Shown here: positions 1 through 14,257 of the stretch, piece after piece
How the letters are laid out: every line of letters starts with the position of its first letter
Numbering within the stretch: position 1 is the stretch's first letter
Source of the DNA: Octopus bimaculoides
Lineage: Eukaryota
NCBI RefSeq assembly: GCF_001194135.2
Contig: NC_069002.1
Location: 3,665,984-3,719,408, forward strand
Length of the DNA stretch: 53,425 nucleotides
Reading direction: 5' to 3'
Notes under the pieces: model-generated
Database searches by the model: none
Seen by the model: only the letters and a program-made list of their open reading frames with translations
Told to the model about the DNA's origin: nothing
Program-made: the position numbers and the translations under genes

Positions 1-59
<59 letters not shown>

Positions 60-830
60 CAGTATATCATATTGACATAGTACAGTACATATTTCTCTGT
101 TACTTGTCATTTATTTCCTTCCTCCGCATTCTTTCTTCTCTCCATCTTTCCAACAAAGAGCTTCAGCTTGAAATATCAAAGAAACATCTGCTTTGTTAAT
201 CATTCATTGATTCTACGACTACTAATTACCCCTTGTTTTTCACTTTGCTTTCTTTGTTGTTATTGTCATCATTAATTTTGAACATGTGTGTGCATGCACG
301 CACACACATGCACATATATGCAAACACACGCATGTATATAGTTGAGTGTGTGTTTTTGTATGTACAGGTATGTGTATAGATATACTTTATCGTCAAAAAG
401 AGGTCAAAATCTGTGACAGAATGAATGGAAACTAGTGAGAATTCTAAGTATACAATACTACCACTAGCACTATTACTGATCACAATATCCAGTATAAACA
501 CAAAGCTTTGATGATGATGATTATAATAATATAAATAATAATGATAATAATAGTAACATGATTAAACACAGTATGTAAATAGATATAATATTATCATCAG
601 ACATTATCATGACTAACTGTTGGGATAGGAACGGAGTGTGTTTGTTTGCATGTTCCTCAAGGGCGAATGCGGGAATTCACCTATGATTGATAGTGTTTTC
701 ATTCCTACTAACATCTATGATAGTGTAATCTCAATATATATATATGTGTGTATGTGTGTGTGTATATATATGTATATATATTATGTAGACCTGCACAATT
801 ATAAAGTTTATGTTGCTTATATCTTTGCAG

Positions 831-1125
831 AGAGTGGCTCTTGACGAAATCCTGACGGCTCCTGATTCTTATTCTTCACTTCGGACTGTTCTTCTATTCG
901 GAACCTGACCGCTGACTTCCTATTTTTATTTATTTACTATTTTTATTTTTATTCTTTTTTTTTTTTAATATATATACAACTTTTTACACAACTAAAAGTC
1001 CCCGATTCTCTTTTCTTTGGCTTGCCATATTAACTGCCCTCCCACGACAATCCCCTCCCCCCCACACACGCCACAAACTACCTCAACATTTGCTCTGAAC
1101 CACCACCACCACCACCACCACCACC
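831..1125 (+). other. Probable 5' UTR portion of the first coding exon
   Basis: Acceptor-like TTATATCTTTGCAG at 817-830, no ATG-led continuation into the CDS frame (stop at 1096); (ACC)9 directly before the ATG. Confidence 0.35.
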
Positions 1126-1233
1126 ATGACACTGAAGGAGCTGAAGAAGGTGGGTCTCTATGACCCCGAATATGAGAAAGACTCTTGCGGAGTTGGCTAT
1201 GTCGTCAGCATTGATGGCATTGCATCAAACCAG
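1126..1233 (+). CDS. GLT1: GLT1 coding exon 1
   Basis: [36 protein letters not shown]; ACCATG start, in-frame TGA upstream at 1096, donor GTAAGC. Confidence 0.92.
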
Positions 1234-1969
1234 GTAAGCCAGTATCTATGTGAGTGTCTGTGAGTGTCTGTGAATGCATGAAGGATAGGGAAAATTGGAA
1301 AACAAGTGTTTTCCTCCAACCTACATCTCAGTGGAATAATAATAATAATAATAATCATTATTTCATTTATGGACATCAGATTAAACCGTTGGAAAAAATT
1401 CCTAGCATTGGGCTCCAACAAGTAACTTCAGATGCCAAGAACCCTCCTAAGTATTCTAGCTGTCCCTAATAACACTGTTTTCTGGAGCTGCACTAAGCTA
1501 AATTTTATGCCTATTGCCTCTATCCCTCTGTTCAGATCTTTAGGGACAGTTCCTAATGCACCTATAACTACAGGGATACATTTTACTGTCACTTTCCATA
1601 GCTTCTATAATAATTCAGTGGCTGGGTCCTGGTATTTTGCTGTTTTCTCTATAAATCTCATATTGACTTCCTCGTTATTTGCGACAGTAAAGTCAATTAC
1701 CTGGCACTTTCTATTCTCTTTATCTACTACTTCTAAATCAGGCCTTCTAACTTCTATTACTCGGTCGGTCTGAATGTTAAAATTCAACTGCATCTTATAT
1801 TTCTTACTTTCTAGCACTTTGCTAGGTTCACGTTCATACCATTTACCAATATGGTCAAATCCTAGCTTCCTACATAACTCCTGTTGGATTATTCTCCCTT
1901 TTTGCCAAACTGCCAATGCACCAGCATTGGCTGTCAAAATATGTTGGGTGGGGGCAAACACAGACACAA

Positions 1970-2024
<55 letters not shown>

Positions 2025-4197
2025 TACATACATACATACATACATACATACATACATACATACATACATACATACATGCATACATATATATACTGCGGGC
2101 TTCTTTCAGTTTCTGTCTACCAAATCCACTCATAAGGATTTTGGTTGGCCTGAGGTTATCGCAAAAGACACTTGCCCAAGGTGCCATGCAGTGGGACTGA
2201 ACCTGGAATATATGTTATATATTTTTTGTTATATATTTGTTATATATGTTATATATTTTTTGTTATATATTTGTTATATATGTTATATATTTTTTGTATA
2301 TTCCTTCCATTCTTTCCCCCAATCTTACAGGTGTTGCAAGATTCTCGGACCATGCTGCAGCGAATGGAACACAGAGGTGCATGTGCTTGTGACAACGACA
2401 CTGGAGATGGCGCCGGTGTTCTCACTGCCATTCCTCACAAACTTTACGAACAGGACCTGAAGTAAGTAGAAATTTCAACCTATTTACTGCATTGCAAAGT
2501 CACTGAGAGTTGTGGCTGTTGTTGTTGGTGGTGGTGATGTTGATGTTGTAGTAAGTTATTGTTGTTGGTTTGGTAGCTGTGTGTTGTGCAGAGTTAGCTG
2601 ATAGTAACTATGTGTTGGGTAATGTTGGCTGGTGGTAGCTATGTGTTGGGCAGAGTTGGCTGGTTGGAGCTGCGTTTGGCAGATTTGGATGGTGATAGCT
2701 ATGTGTTGGGTAATGTTGGCTGGTGGTAGCCTTGGGTTGAGCAGAGTTGGCTGGTGATAGCCTTGTGTTAAATAGAGTTGGTTAGTGTTAGCAATGAGTT
2801 AAATAAATTTATTTCATGGTGGTTATATGTTAGGTAGAGTCAGCTGTTCTTAACTATGTGTTACATAGTGTTGGTCTAGTGGTAGCTTTGTGATGTCTAG
2901 ACTTGGCTGTTGTAGTATTTATGATAAACATGTTTCTGGTGGTGGTAATGAAATGGCCGTTTATAAAAGTACACAGTCTGCAGCAGATACTGTAGCTAAG
3001 CAATGATTGGAGTCGCTCATATTTTGCCCTTATCATAATGTCTTGATGCTGCTAATAAAGTTACTTGGTAAATACGTGTACAACTTCTTCTCGGTCTCCC
3101 TGCACCACCACCACCACCTGAATACACACATAGACATGTACACACACAGACACAAACAAACACATTTATATATAATTTTTAAAAATCTTTAAATCTGTTT
3201 TTGTATCTCATTTTATTATTATTATCCATTTTCATCTTTCAGGAGTTCTCAAGGTGTGACGCTTCCAGAGGTTGGAAAATATGCCACAGGTCTCCTTTTT
3301 ATGGATAAAACTGATGGAAGACAAGCTCAGGATTCGTTTACTAAAATGGTGGAAGATTTCAACCTTCAGGTAAAGAATACATCTTCCAAATTCATTGTAC
3401 TTGAAAATAAAATTGTTTTTTAATCTACTCATGGTATGAAACTTGCTTCTTGACTATGTGCTCTTGAGTATTTTTTATGTTTCTATAGTGTCTTTATTTT
3501 ATAGAAAGCTTCCAAATGTCCCAACTGCAAACTAGTCACTTGTGACAAGCTGTGTTTGGTGGGGTGTGTTCAAAGTGCTTTTACAGCTATTTTCTTCAAT
3601 CTGGTGTAACAAAAGTCAGCAGGTCTATTTATAACATGTATAGTAATGGTGTACTAAAATTACAGTAATCTAGGACAACTAAATCTGCTAAATCAACCAA
3701 ATTTGTTACCCAAAATTTCCTGAAAAGATACACACACACAATAGAGAACAAAATAAGAACTATGATAAATGACAATTTAATGTGTGTGTGTGTGTGTGTG
3801 TGTGAGTGAGAGAGAGACAAACAGACAGAGAAACAAACAGAGAGATGTTTCTTTAAAAAGTTGGCCATAACTTTATAACTGATTATATCTTTGTTCCCCA
3901 AAGTATTCATTACTTGTTTACAGAAATATGTAATTAAATAACATTGGTTTTTGTTTGTTTTTTTGTCTAAGAGGAGATTTATCTACACACAAATGTATAT
4001 ATACAGGACATCCCAGAATTAACTATCTATTTCAATGAAATCAGGCGCATGATTTTATGTTTATGGCTCAATTTTGATACCAAAACAAATAAATTTATAA
4101 ATCTTACATGAAAACTTTATTGAAAATTTTCAATATGTGCTCTGTCTGTAAAGATATAAGATAAATGCATCAAGCATATGTATTCTCTCTTTATTAT

Positions 4198-4229
<32 letters not shown>

Positions 4230-5448
4230 GAGAATTGAAAAGATAAGAAGAAATGTGATGATGATGATGATGATAATGGTAATCCAATCACATCTGATAA
4301 AACAAAATCCTTTATCAAATTGACCACAACAGTTATAATTGCCATATTTCAAAATGACGCAGGAAAATAATAACAATCATCATCATCATCATCATCATCA
4401 TCACCACTTAACATCAGTTGTCCATGCTGTCATGGGTTGGACAATTTGACTGGGGCTGGCAAGTTGGAAGGCTGCACCAGACTCCGGTCTGATTTGGCAA
4501 GGTTTAAATGGCTGGATGTCCTTCCTAATGCCAACCACCCTGAGAGTGTAATGGCACAGGTGCCATTTGCATGACACCACTATCTGCCATGACTATGATT
4601 TTACTTGGCTTGATGGGTCTTCTTCTCAAGCACAGCATATTGCCAAAGGTCTCAGTCACCTGTCAATGCTCAAAAGGTGCTTTCCATGTTCCCCTTGCAC
4701 AGGTGCCAGTTACGAGAAATCGGCATCAGCCATGACTACGACTTCACTTGACCCGACATGTCCTCTCAAGCACAGCACATCACCAAAGGTCTTGGTGACT
4801 AGTCATTGCCTCTGTGAGGCCCAACGTTTGAAGATCATGCTTCACCACCTCGTCCCCTGTCTTCCTGGGTCTACCTCTACCACAGGTTCCCTCCACAATT
4901 AGAGATCGGCACTTCTTTACGCAGCTGTCCTCATCCATATGCATCACATGCCCATACCAGTGCAGTCGTCTCTCTTGCTAGAGAAGTGGCTAAAAGGGGG
5001 TCAATGGTCAAACAAGGTTGGCAACCCCTGATCTAGACCTTCAAGGCAGTACCCCAGCATAGCCACATTCCAATGATTGAAATAGATTAAATGAAAAAAA
5101 AAATCTGTCTATACACATACACAGATGTGTGCACGCGTGTGTGTGTGTGTGCTTGTGTTTGTAAGCATGCGTGTGTTAACCTTAACAGAAAGATCAATTT
5201 CTTTGAAAGTCCAGATCAGATGAAAGCTATCTCAGAAGACTCCCCTTGCAGTGTATCATCTTCCATCTTTGATGCTGTCATATCTTTAGAATCAATAGAG
5301 TCACTGTATTTTATTTCTGAAGATTTCTGATGTTATGTCTGGCTGTTATGTTGGCTCTGCTGACCCTGAATTAAAATCTGGTCTGATGTTGCTGTATTTT
5401 TACAATGTTATTGGAGACTGCATAGACCGAATTAATGTGTATGGAAAT

Positions 5449-5483
<35 letters not shown>

Positions 5484-5846
5484 GAGAGAGAGAGAGGTAT
5501 GTATGTACGTATGCATGTATATATGTAATGTATGGGAGTGAATGTGTGTGTGTGTGTGTTTATTTGTATCTTGTCTTGACAGTGTGTGGTAGTTAATGTC
5601 ACCATCATACAAGCAGTGTCTTGGGAATATATTTGAGAAGAAGGAGGCAGTCAGAATGTTGGATAATTCTTTATTGGTGCTTTCATTCATTTATTGAACT
5701 CATCAAAATCAAAATGGTGAAAACAAAATATTTCATTGTTCATTTATACGAATTGGATGTTTTTTTTGTTTTTTTTTGCTTTGTTCAGAAGAGGAGAAAA
5801 ATATTTTTCCAAAAAAACAAAAATATTTTTCTCCTCTTCTAAACAA

Positions 5847-5880
<34 letters not shown>

Positions 5881-8800
5881 ATCCGATTTGTATAAATGAA
5901 CAATGAAATATTCTGTTTTTACCATTTTGATTTTGCTGAGTTCAATAAATGAATGACAGCACCAATAAAGAATTATCCAACATTCTGACTGCCTCTTTTT
6001 TTTCAATATAGAATATTGAGAGAGAGAGAGACGACAAAGACACACACACTCACAAACACACACACAGTTTTCTTGCAATTTCTGTCTATCAAATCTACTT
6101 ACAAGGCTTTGGTCAGCCCTGGACTATAGTTGACCAAAATACCATACAGTGGGACTGAACTTGGAACCATGTGGCTGGGAAGCTAACGTCTTACCACACA
6201 ACCATGCCTCCACCTATAAAGAGCACTCTGTTGGTTCTGACGACGAGGATCCCAGCTGAGCCAATCAACAGAACAGCTTGCTCGTGAGATTAACGTGCAA
6301 GTGGCTGAGCACTCCACAGACACACGTCCCTCTTTACATACTTCTCAGGGAGTTCCAGCATGACACAGAGTGTGACAAGGCCAGCCCTTTGAAATACAGG
6401 TACAACTCATTTTTGCCAGGTGAGTGGACTGGAGCAACTTGAAATAAAGTGTCTTGCTCAAGGACACAATGCTCTACCGGGAATCGAACTCGTGACCCTA
6501 CAATCACAAGCCAAATACCCTAACCACTAAGCCACATGCCTTCACACATACACACACACACACAAACACACATACATATATATTTAAAGACAGAGAAAGA
6601 AAGAGATGTAAATAGATAAATTACAATTAATCCATTTTCGACCATTTTGTGCATTTTTTTTATCAGATTTTGTGTTGGCGCAACTTAGATGTTGATGTTG
6701 AAATCCTGGGACAAGTTGCAAAAGAAAAGGAACCATTTATCCAACAGGTGAGATCTTGGTTTATCAATGTATGTTTGAATGAGGGCCTAAGGGGCCATAT
6801 GTTTATTGCACGGATTATCTTGTAATTTCCTATGGGTTTGTCGTTTAGCTTTAGGGTTAACACTGACCAAACAGATCTATGATCAAGAACCTTCTGACCA
6901 TGACTAACCCATCAGAATATGTTATCAAGTATTTCTTTTCATTATTTAACCCTTTGCCTGTCCAAAGCATTTTCATAAGTTAGAAAATGATAGGTTAAGC
7001 CTCTGATCAAAGACATTCCAGCCATGACCATACTGTCTTTTATTTAGTAATTCAGACATAGTGTATCAAGGGCTGCACTATCAAAAAGTTTCTTTCTTCT
7101 TTTTTTTTTTTTTTCAAGGACAGTAGGGAGTGATTTGAGGGAGATTTGGCTACTGTTTCTAACAAGTGAAGCCACCGCATACGAGACTTTTAGCTGCTTT
7201 TCTAGCAGATCAAGCAACCTGATGTCTCTGTTTTTTTGTTTTTTTACATCATATCAAACAAAATCTCTTCAACTATTTAAGGTTAAGAAAGAAAGAAAGA
7301 GAGAGAGAGAGAGTGTGTGTGTTTCTTTTTGTTTTCTCTCCATTATGAAGTTTTATTTAATGCATCTTGTCAAAAACATTTCAAATACATTTATCAAANN
7401 NNNNNNNNNNNNNNNNNNNNNNNNNNNNNNNNNNNNNNNNNNNNNNNNNNNNNNNNNNNNNNNNNNNNNNNNNNNNNNNNNNNNNNNNNNNNNNNNNNNN
7501 NNNNNNNNNNNNNNNNNNNNNNNNNNNNNNNNNNNNNNNNNNNNNNNNNNNNNNNNNNNNNNNNNNNNNNNNNNNNNNNNNNNNNNNNNNNNNNNNNNNN
7601 NCAAACATCCACTGTCACTCATTTGAAACCTCTCCCGTCGTCCCCTCCTTCCCCCTCTTTCTCCAATCTCCCCCTTATCCTCTTCTCCCATCTCTCTCCC
7701 ATTTCTCTTCTCCCTATCTCTCTCCATTGCCCCCCTCTTTCTCCCTACCCATCCACATCATCCCTCTCCCAATATTCCCTATCTCCCCACCTCACCCCTA
7801 CCATTCTCCTGTATCGTACCCCTCTCTTCTCCCTCCTCACCCCCATCTTCCTTCGCACCCCATTTCCTCTCTTTACCCCCTTGTCATCTCTCTAATATTT
7901 GAACCTGTTTTTTGCACCAAAACAAAACTAATCCCAGTATTTTAAGTCGAAATTGCTTTGATGGTTTCAGGTCTTCATCATTAACAAAAATGGCGACAGC
8001 TTTGAAAAATCCGAGTTTGAAAAGCAAGTAAGTTCAGAATTTTATTTTCAGTTCAGAAGCTTGACTCTCCAACTTTGGAGCGTAGGGAAGAAAACCAACA
8101 ATCTATTGTCCATTCATCTAATTATTTTCTAAAGTGTCTCTAATTAATATTTATATATTATTAAAATGTCTTCACTTATTGTATACTAAAGGTGTTTGTA
8201 ATATTTTGTTTTATAGCTTTACTTGTTGCGGAAATATGCTTCACATCACATTCCTGACCAGCTGGAGAGTAACCGCTTCTACATCTGCAGCCTCTCTACC
8301 GCCACCATCGTTTACAAGGTGATACTATCTTTACCATTATTCTAGAAGTATGTCTCTTGTGCACTGTAGTCTTCACATCTGTTGTATGCCTTCTGTACTG
8401 TAGTTTTTACACCTGTTGTGTACCTCGTGTGTACTGTAGCCTTTATATCTGTCATATAGTCTTTACATCTGTTGTGTACTGTAATCTTCACATCTGTTGT
8501 ATATTTGCATGTATTGCTATTACATCTGTTGTGCATCTATGTGCACTTCTATTGCATTTGTTGTGTACATTTCTTCACCATCTGCGTATTACTGTTTGTT
8601 ATGTAGTGTGTATTAACATCTGCTCTACGTCTGTCATGTATTTCTATTTATCTGCTGTATATAAGTGGATCTATTGTACATATTTATGTTGCTTATAACT
8701 ATAGTACTCCTCCTTTTAACAGTGATTTAAAAATAAATTCCTTATTTCATATTTCTCTTTGCTCTCTCTATTTTTTTTATAGGGTCTGTTCACAACAAGT

Positions 8801-10135
8801 CAATTATGGTTGTACTACAAAGATTTACTTGATCCAAACTTTGAAACACACTTATCCCTTGTACACAGCAGGTTTTCAACCAATACAGTACCCAGTTGGG
8901 AAAGATCCCATCCTCAAAGGTTCAATATTATTATTATTTATTCTCCTTTAGGCCCTATTTTAACTCCCCTCTAAGCCAAGCATTCTCTCCTCTGGGTTCC
9001 TTAAGGTCCTGTATTCTCCTCTAGGCCCTATATTTAAACTCCTCTCAATGCCTAATATGTATTTACCTCAAGGTTCGATGTTTACTTCTCTCAAGGGGTA
9101 ATATTTATTTACTTTCTTGAAGGCCCAGCATTTACTTTCAAGGCCCAATATTTGCTTACATCAAAGTTCATGTTCCAATGTTTTCTCTTCTCTAAGTCCA
9201 TTATTTGCTCACTTCTAGGTCCAGTGTTTATACTCCTCAAGGCCCAGTTCTTATTCCCTCCTTTTGGCTCCTAAACATCTATTTATTTTCCTCTAGGTCT
9301 CATGTTTACTTACCTTAAGGCCCAACATATACATTTCTCAAGACCCAATGTTTTAACTTCTCAAAACCCAACCTCCTCTAGGCTCAATGTCTACCATCCT
9401 AAAAATCCAATGTTTACTCTCTCCAACGTTCAATGTTTATTATATTTTCTTTGTATAGGTTTCTGGCCCACAATGGCGAGATCAATACTCTGCGGGGTAA
9501 CAAGAACTTGATGCATGCTCGTGAGGGTACCATGTCCAGTAGCGTCTTTGGGGACAAGTTGAAACTTCTCTACCCTGTTGTGGAGAGTGGAATGTCAGAT
9601 TCTGGCTGTGTTGACAATGTTCTGGAGTTCCTCATGATGGCCGGAAATAAATCATTGCCTGAGGTAAAATTATATTTACTTGCCTGATATCATGTGTACA
9701 GGTTTAGAATTGTAGCTATGTTCCTCACTGGTTGTCTGGAATGGTGGTGTTGGAGGTGGTGGTGACAATGGTGATAGTAGTAGTAATGTGCTAATTATAA
9801 TTATGGTGGTAATGATAGTGATAATCATCATCATCATCATCATCATCATTAGCAGCCTTAAACTCCTCTTCATAATTTGGTCTACAGTACAAGCAACTTT
9901 AGAAAACATTAATTAATTGCGCATTAATTAAATGTTTATAAGTCATTAAACAATTTTGTTCTCTGTCACTTAGTTAAATGGGAGTGTAAGAGTGACTTGG
10001 TATGAAATAATGTGCTAACAGCACCCCTGTACATGGCCTGGACTGCTTTCATAAGCCATTCATCTACCCCTAGTGAGACTACCATATATGACAGAGAAAG
10101 GTACTCTGTAAAAGGCATATATATATATATATATG

Positions 10136-10171
<36 letters not shown>

Positions 10172-10274
10172 TTGTGTACTGTTTTGTTATTGGTGGGATC
10201 AACAAAAAAATGTAATTCATCCCATGAAAAATTATATTAATATTCACAATTAAATAGCAGCTCATATTTAAATC

Positions 10275-10330
<56 letters not shown>

Positions 10331-10453
10331 ATATATGTATGTATATACCATCATCATCATCATCATCGTTTAACGACCGGAATGTTAACTCAAATAATAT
10401 TAAAAGTTCTAATTCAACATGATACTTTTCAGATATTGTGCACATGCAACCAT

Positions 10454-10513
<60 letters not shown>

Positions 10514-11946
10514 GCTTGAAAATGTTGACTATGCTAATGTTTGCATCTAACATAGGCATATTTCTGAAAGTAGTAGTAAATTAAGCCTTGTAATTTGAGA
10601 TAATGTTTTTCAAGTTATACTCTTTGCATCATCATCATCATCATCGTCATTTCATGTCTGCTTCCCATGCTGCTATAAGCTAGACAGCTCATCACTGTTC
10701 TTCTAGGCAGATGAGAGGACCTCTGTACACTCACAAGATGTCTCAACCAACCCATGTTAGCAAATATAAAAATAATAAGTATTTATCATTTTCAACTTAA
10801 TCTCTGGATACTTTAGGGAGGAACCATACCAGATGTGGAAGCTAAATGTAGAAGCAAGCCACCTCAGGATAATTTTAGAGAAGTCAAAAGTTTTATTAAG
10901 TAGAAAAGCAGACAGGATTCAGCTGCCTTTCAGAGAAATGGCTGTGCTCAATATACAGAAAAGGAATTGGTAGGAGTTCTGTACTGTGTGTCCTATTTAA
11001 ACCATGGGTGCACCATAGGTGTTGTGGATTCACAGACAGGTTGACAGAAAAGGACATTGCAACAGGTTTACAGGTATAGTTAGTAGTCAGCGCGCTGGTG
11101 AAATAAATTCTTTCTAGTGCTCCGGAGGCTCTATAAAGATTGCTGGTAATTCTTGTTACCTAAATGACCTAATCGCCAGTAGATAGAATAAGAACAGGGT
11201 GGAAGAAGGTCAGAGAACTTTTACTTCTGCAGGCAACAGAAAGATTCTCTCTTAAGTGAAAAGTACATCTATATTGTGTGTGCGTGTGCGTGAATGCGTG
11301 TTTGGATGTGTACATGTGTATGCATAAATACATATACTGTTTACCTGTTGCTTGTTTCAATCATTGAATTGTGGCCATGCTGGGGCACTGTTTTAAAGAG
11401 TTTAGTAGAACAAATTGACCCCAGCATATATGTAAAAGCCAAGGTGTGTTGCATTCTGTTACACAATAAGTAAAAAATGTATAGTAAATACACAAATGAA
11501 AAGTAAAAAAAAAAACGTATATTGAGTGCACAAACAGACAGAAGATAAACACAGAAGGTCCCTAATTCTTCATTAGTTATCAACCAGATGGTATTACTCA
11601 GTTTCACACCATTAATGATAAGACTGATAGGCATGTGTGTATAATATGCATATTATGTATATGATATGCATATGTTTAGTATTTAGAGTCAAACATACAA
11701 CGTCATCATAAGTATCTAATTTACACTAAACTTAGAAGATACCATTAATTAAACCACGAAATTTGATGCAATGCTTTTGATAGATATTGTATGCATACCT
11801 TTGTGCGTGTGTGCGCGCAGCTGCATGGTACACACAGACACTTGAAGGTATTAACTACATCAGCACATGGGTTAAGTTGCATTTTGTAAAACATATGCAT
11901 TTTGCAAAACAACATTAAGCCTTATAATTTGATATAGACTTGATAG

Positions 11947-11984
<38 letters not shown>

Positions 11985-14226
11985 ATATTTGTATATTCTT
12001 TTATTCTTTTACTTGTTTCAGTCATTTGACTGTGGCCATGCTGGAGCACTGCCTTGAAGGAAATTTAGTCAAACAAATCGACCCCAGGACTTATTTCTTA
12101 AACCTAGTACTTATTCTATCAGTCTCCTTTGCTGAACCACTAAGTTACAGGGACATAAACACACCAACACCGGTTGTCAAACGGTGATGGCAGCGACAAG
12201 CACAGACAGCAGGGAACATGGTGGTAGTCATATATAGAGATGGTGTTGGTAGAGGTGGTCATGACAATTATAGCGAAGATGGTGGTGATGGTGATGATGG
12301 TGGTGATCGCAATGAGAATAATTATGTTGGTGCAGTCGTGGCTGTGTGGTAAGAAGCTTACTTCCCAACCACATGGTTTTGGGTTCAGTCCCACTGCGTG
12401 GCACCTTGGGAAAGTATCTTCTACTATAGCCTCGGGCTGACCAAAGCCTTGTGAGTGGATTTGGTAGATGGAAACTGAAAGAAGCCCGCTGTGTGTGTGT
12501 GTGTGTGTGCCCTTGTCTGGACATTGCATGATTGTTGTAAATTAATGTCATTTATTTCCTATTTTCCATGAAAATATGTCCGACTGTGGGGAAATATTAT
12601 CCTGCTTGGAAACAAGTGTGGGTTGGTGACAGGAAGGGCATTCCAGCCTTAGAAATTCTTCCCCGATAAACTCTGTCCAATCCATGCAAGTGTGGAAACA
12701 TGGACATTAAAAAATGATGGTGATGACGATGCTGATGATGATGACAATGACTACAATGATGATGTGACAGAGATGATGACACACGTGGCAGTGATGATGA
12801 TGATGATGATGATGGCAGAGTTGTTGGTGATCCCTGTGAAAATGATTATGGAGTTAGTGATGATGAGAGTGATGGTGCCAATGGTAATGACAATCATGGT
12901 AATGATGATGATCATTGTTTATATATTGTAGTTTCTCTAAATTTCAGGCTATGATAACAATGGTACCTGAAGCATGGCAGAATGATAAAAACATGTTACC
13001 AGAGAAGGTGGCTTTCTACAGATGGAGTGCCCACACAATGGAACCATGGGATGGACCAGGTAAATCTTCAACCCTTACAGTTCATCAATTTACACTCCAT
13101 GTTCAAAGTACATGGATCTGACCCTCACTTCATGTTTGGATTCATGTAGCACTCATTGTTCTAGAAATAGCAACCAAATTTCCTTCAAATCACACTCTGG
13201 AAGAATATAGTTTGAGATAACAGTTCCAATACAGGGTGGTTATCGCTGGGATTTTCCTTCACCAAAATCTGCTTGATAAAGGTAGAACTTGAGTCAACTC
13301 TTTGCCAGTCCAAAGCATTTTCATAAGTTTGCCCTAACCATCCATGCCTGTTTTCAGACTTTTAATTAGCCATTGTTTCATACATTCTTAGTAAGTCCTA
13401 AGTCCTAAGTTACTCTGGTGGTGGAAAAAAGAAATTGGTAATGTCTATCGTATATGATGTATGGCTACCAGGCAAATCTATCCTGTGGGTCACATATGAT
13501 ACACAAGACAAGCCAAGGGTTTTACAATGAAAAAAACTATACAAACTTCAAAGATACTTTCTTCCACCTCTTCATAGTGATTGGTTTTCTCATCTCACTA
13601 ATCCCAGTTCTGACCTGATTTTAAGGGGTCAATTAACAGCAATGGAAGGGGGTCAGCTTGTAGTACTTCACACATTATTCAAACGTTTTTTTTTGTTTTT
13701 TTTGTTTCTTTCTTTCCTATTGTAGCTCTCTTCACTTTCACTGATGGACGTTACATTGGAGCCATTCTTGACCGAAATGGTCTGAGGCCATCCAGGTTCT
13801 ATGTTACCAAATCCAACCACATGTACATGGCCAGTGAAGTGGGTGTCGTCGACATACCCCCCTCAGAGATTGTCATGAAGGTAACTTAATTATTCTTGCT
13901 GATTTATTTAGAAAACAGAATGAGGTGTATTTGCATATATGTATTTATATGCATGTATTTGTGTGTGTGTGTGTTCTTTTATTTGATTCAGTGATTAGAC
14001 TGCAGACATACTGGGGCACCACCTTGAAGAATTTTAGTCAAATGACCCAGTACTATTTTTTTTAAACCAGGTACTTAGTCTTTTGGTCTCTATTGCTGAA
14101 CCACTAAGTTATGGGGGATGTAAACACACCAACACCAGTTGTCAAGTGGTGGTGGGGAACAAATACAGACACAAACAACACACACACATACTTTAAAGTA
14201 AAGATTATTTGCCAATATAATATGGC

Positions 14227-14257
<31 letters not shown>

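Noticed and set aside
1774-2460. Long ORFs with HT/VC/YI/MMM runs (also 9966, 10283, 14962, 28046, 28703 and others)
   Set aside because: Translations of microsatellites and minisatellites, sometimes read into a real exon.
6480-6545. tRNA genes at SINE heads (also 12329 and 34123)
   Set aside because: A and B boxes continue into shared SINE bodies; no complete cloverleaf.
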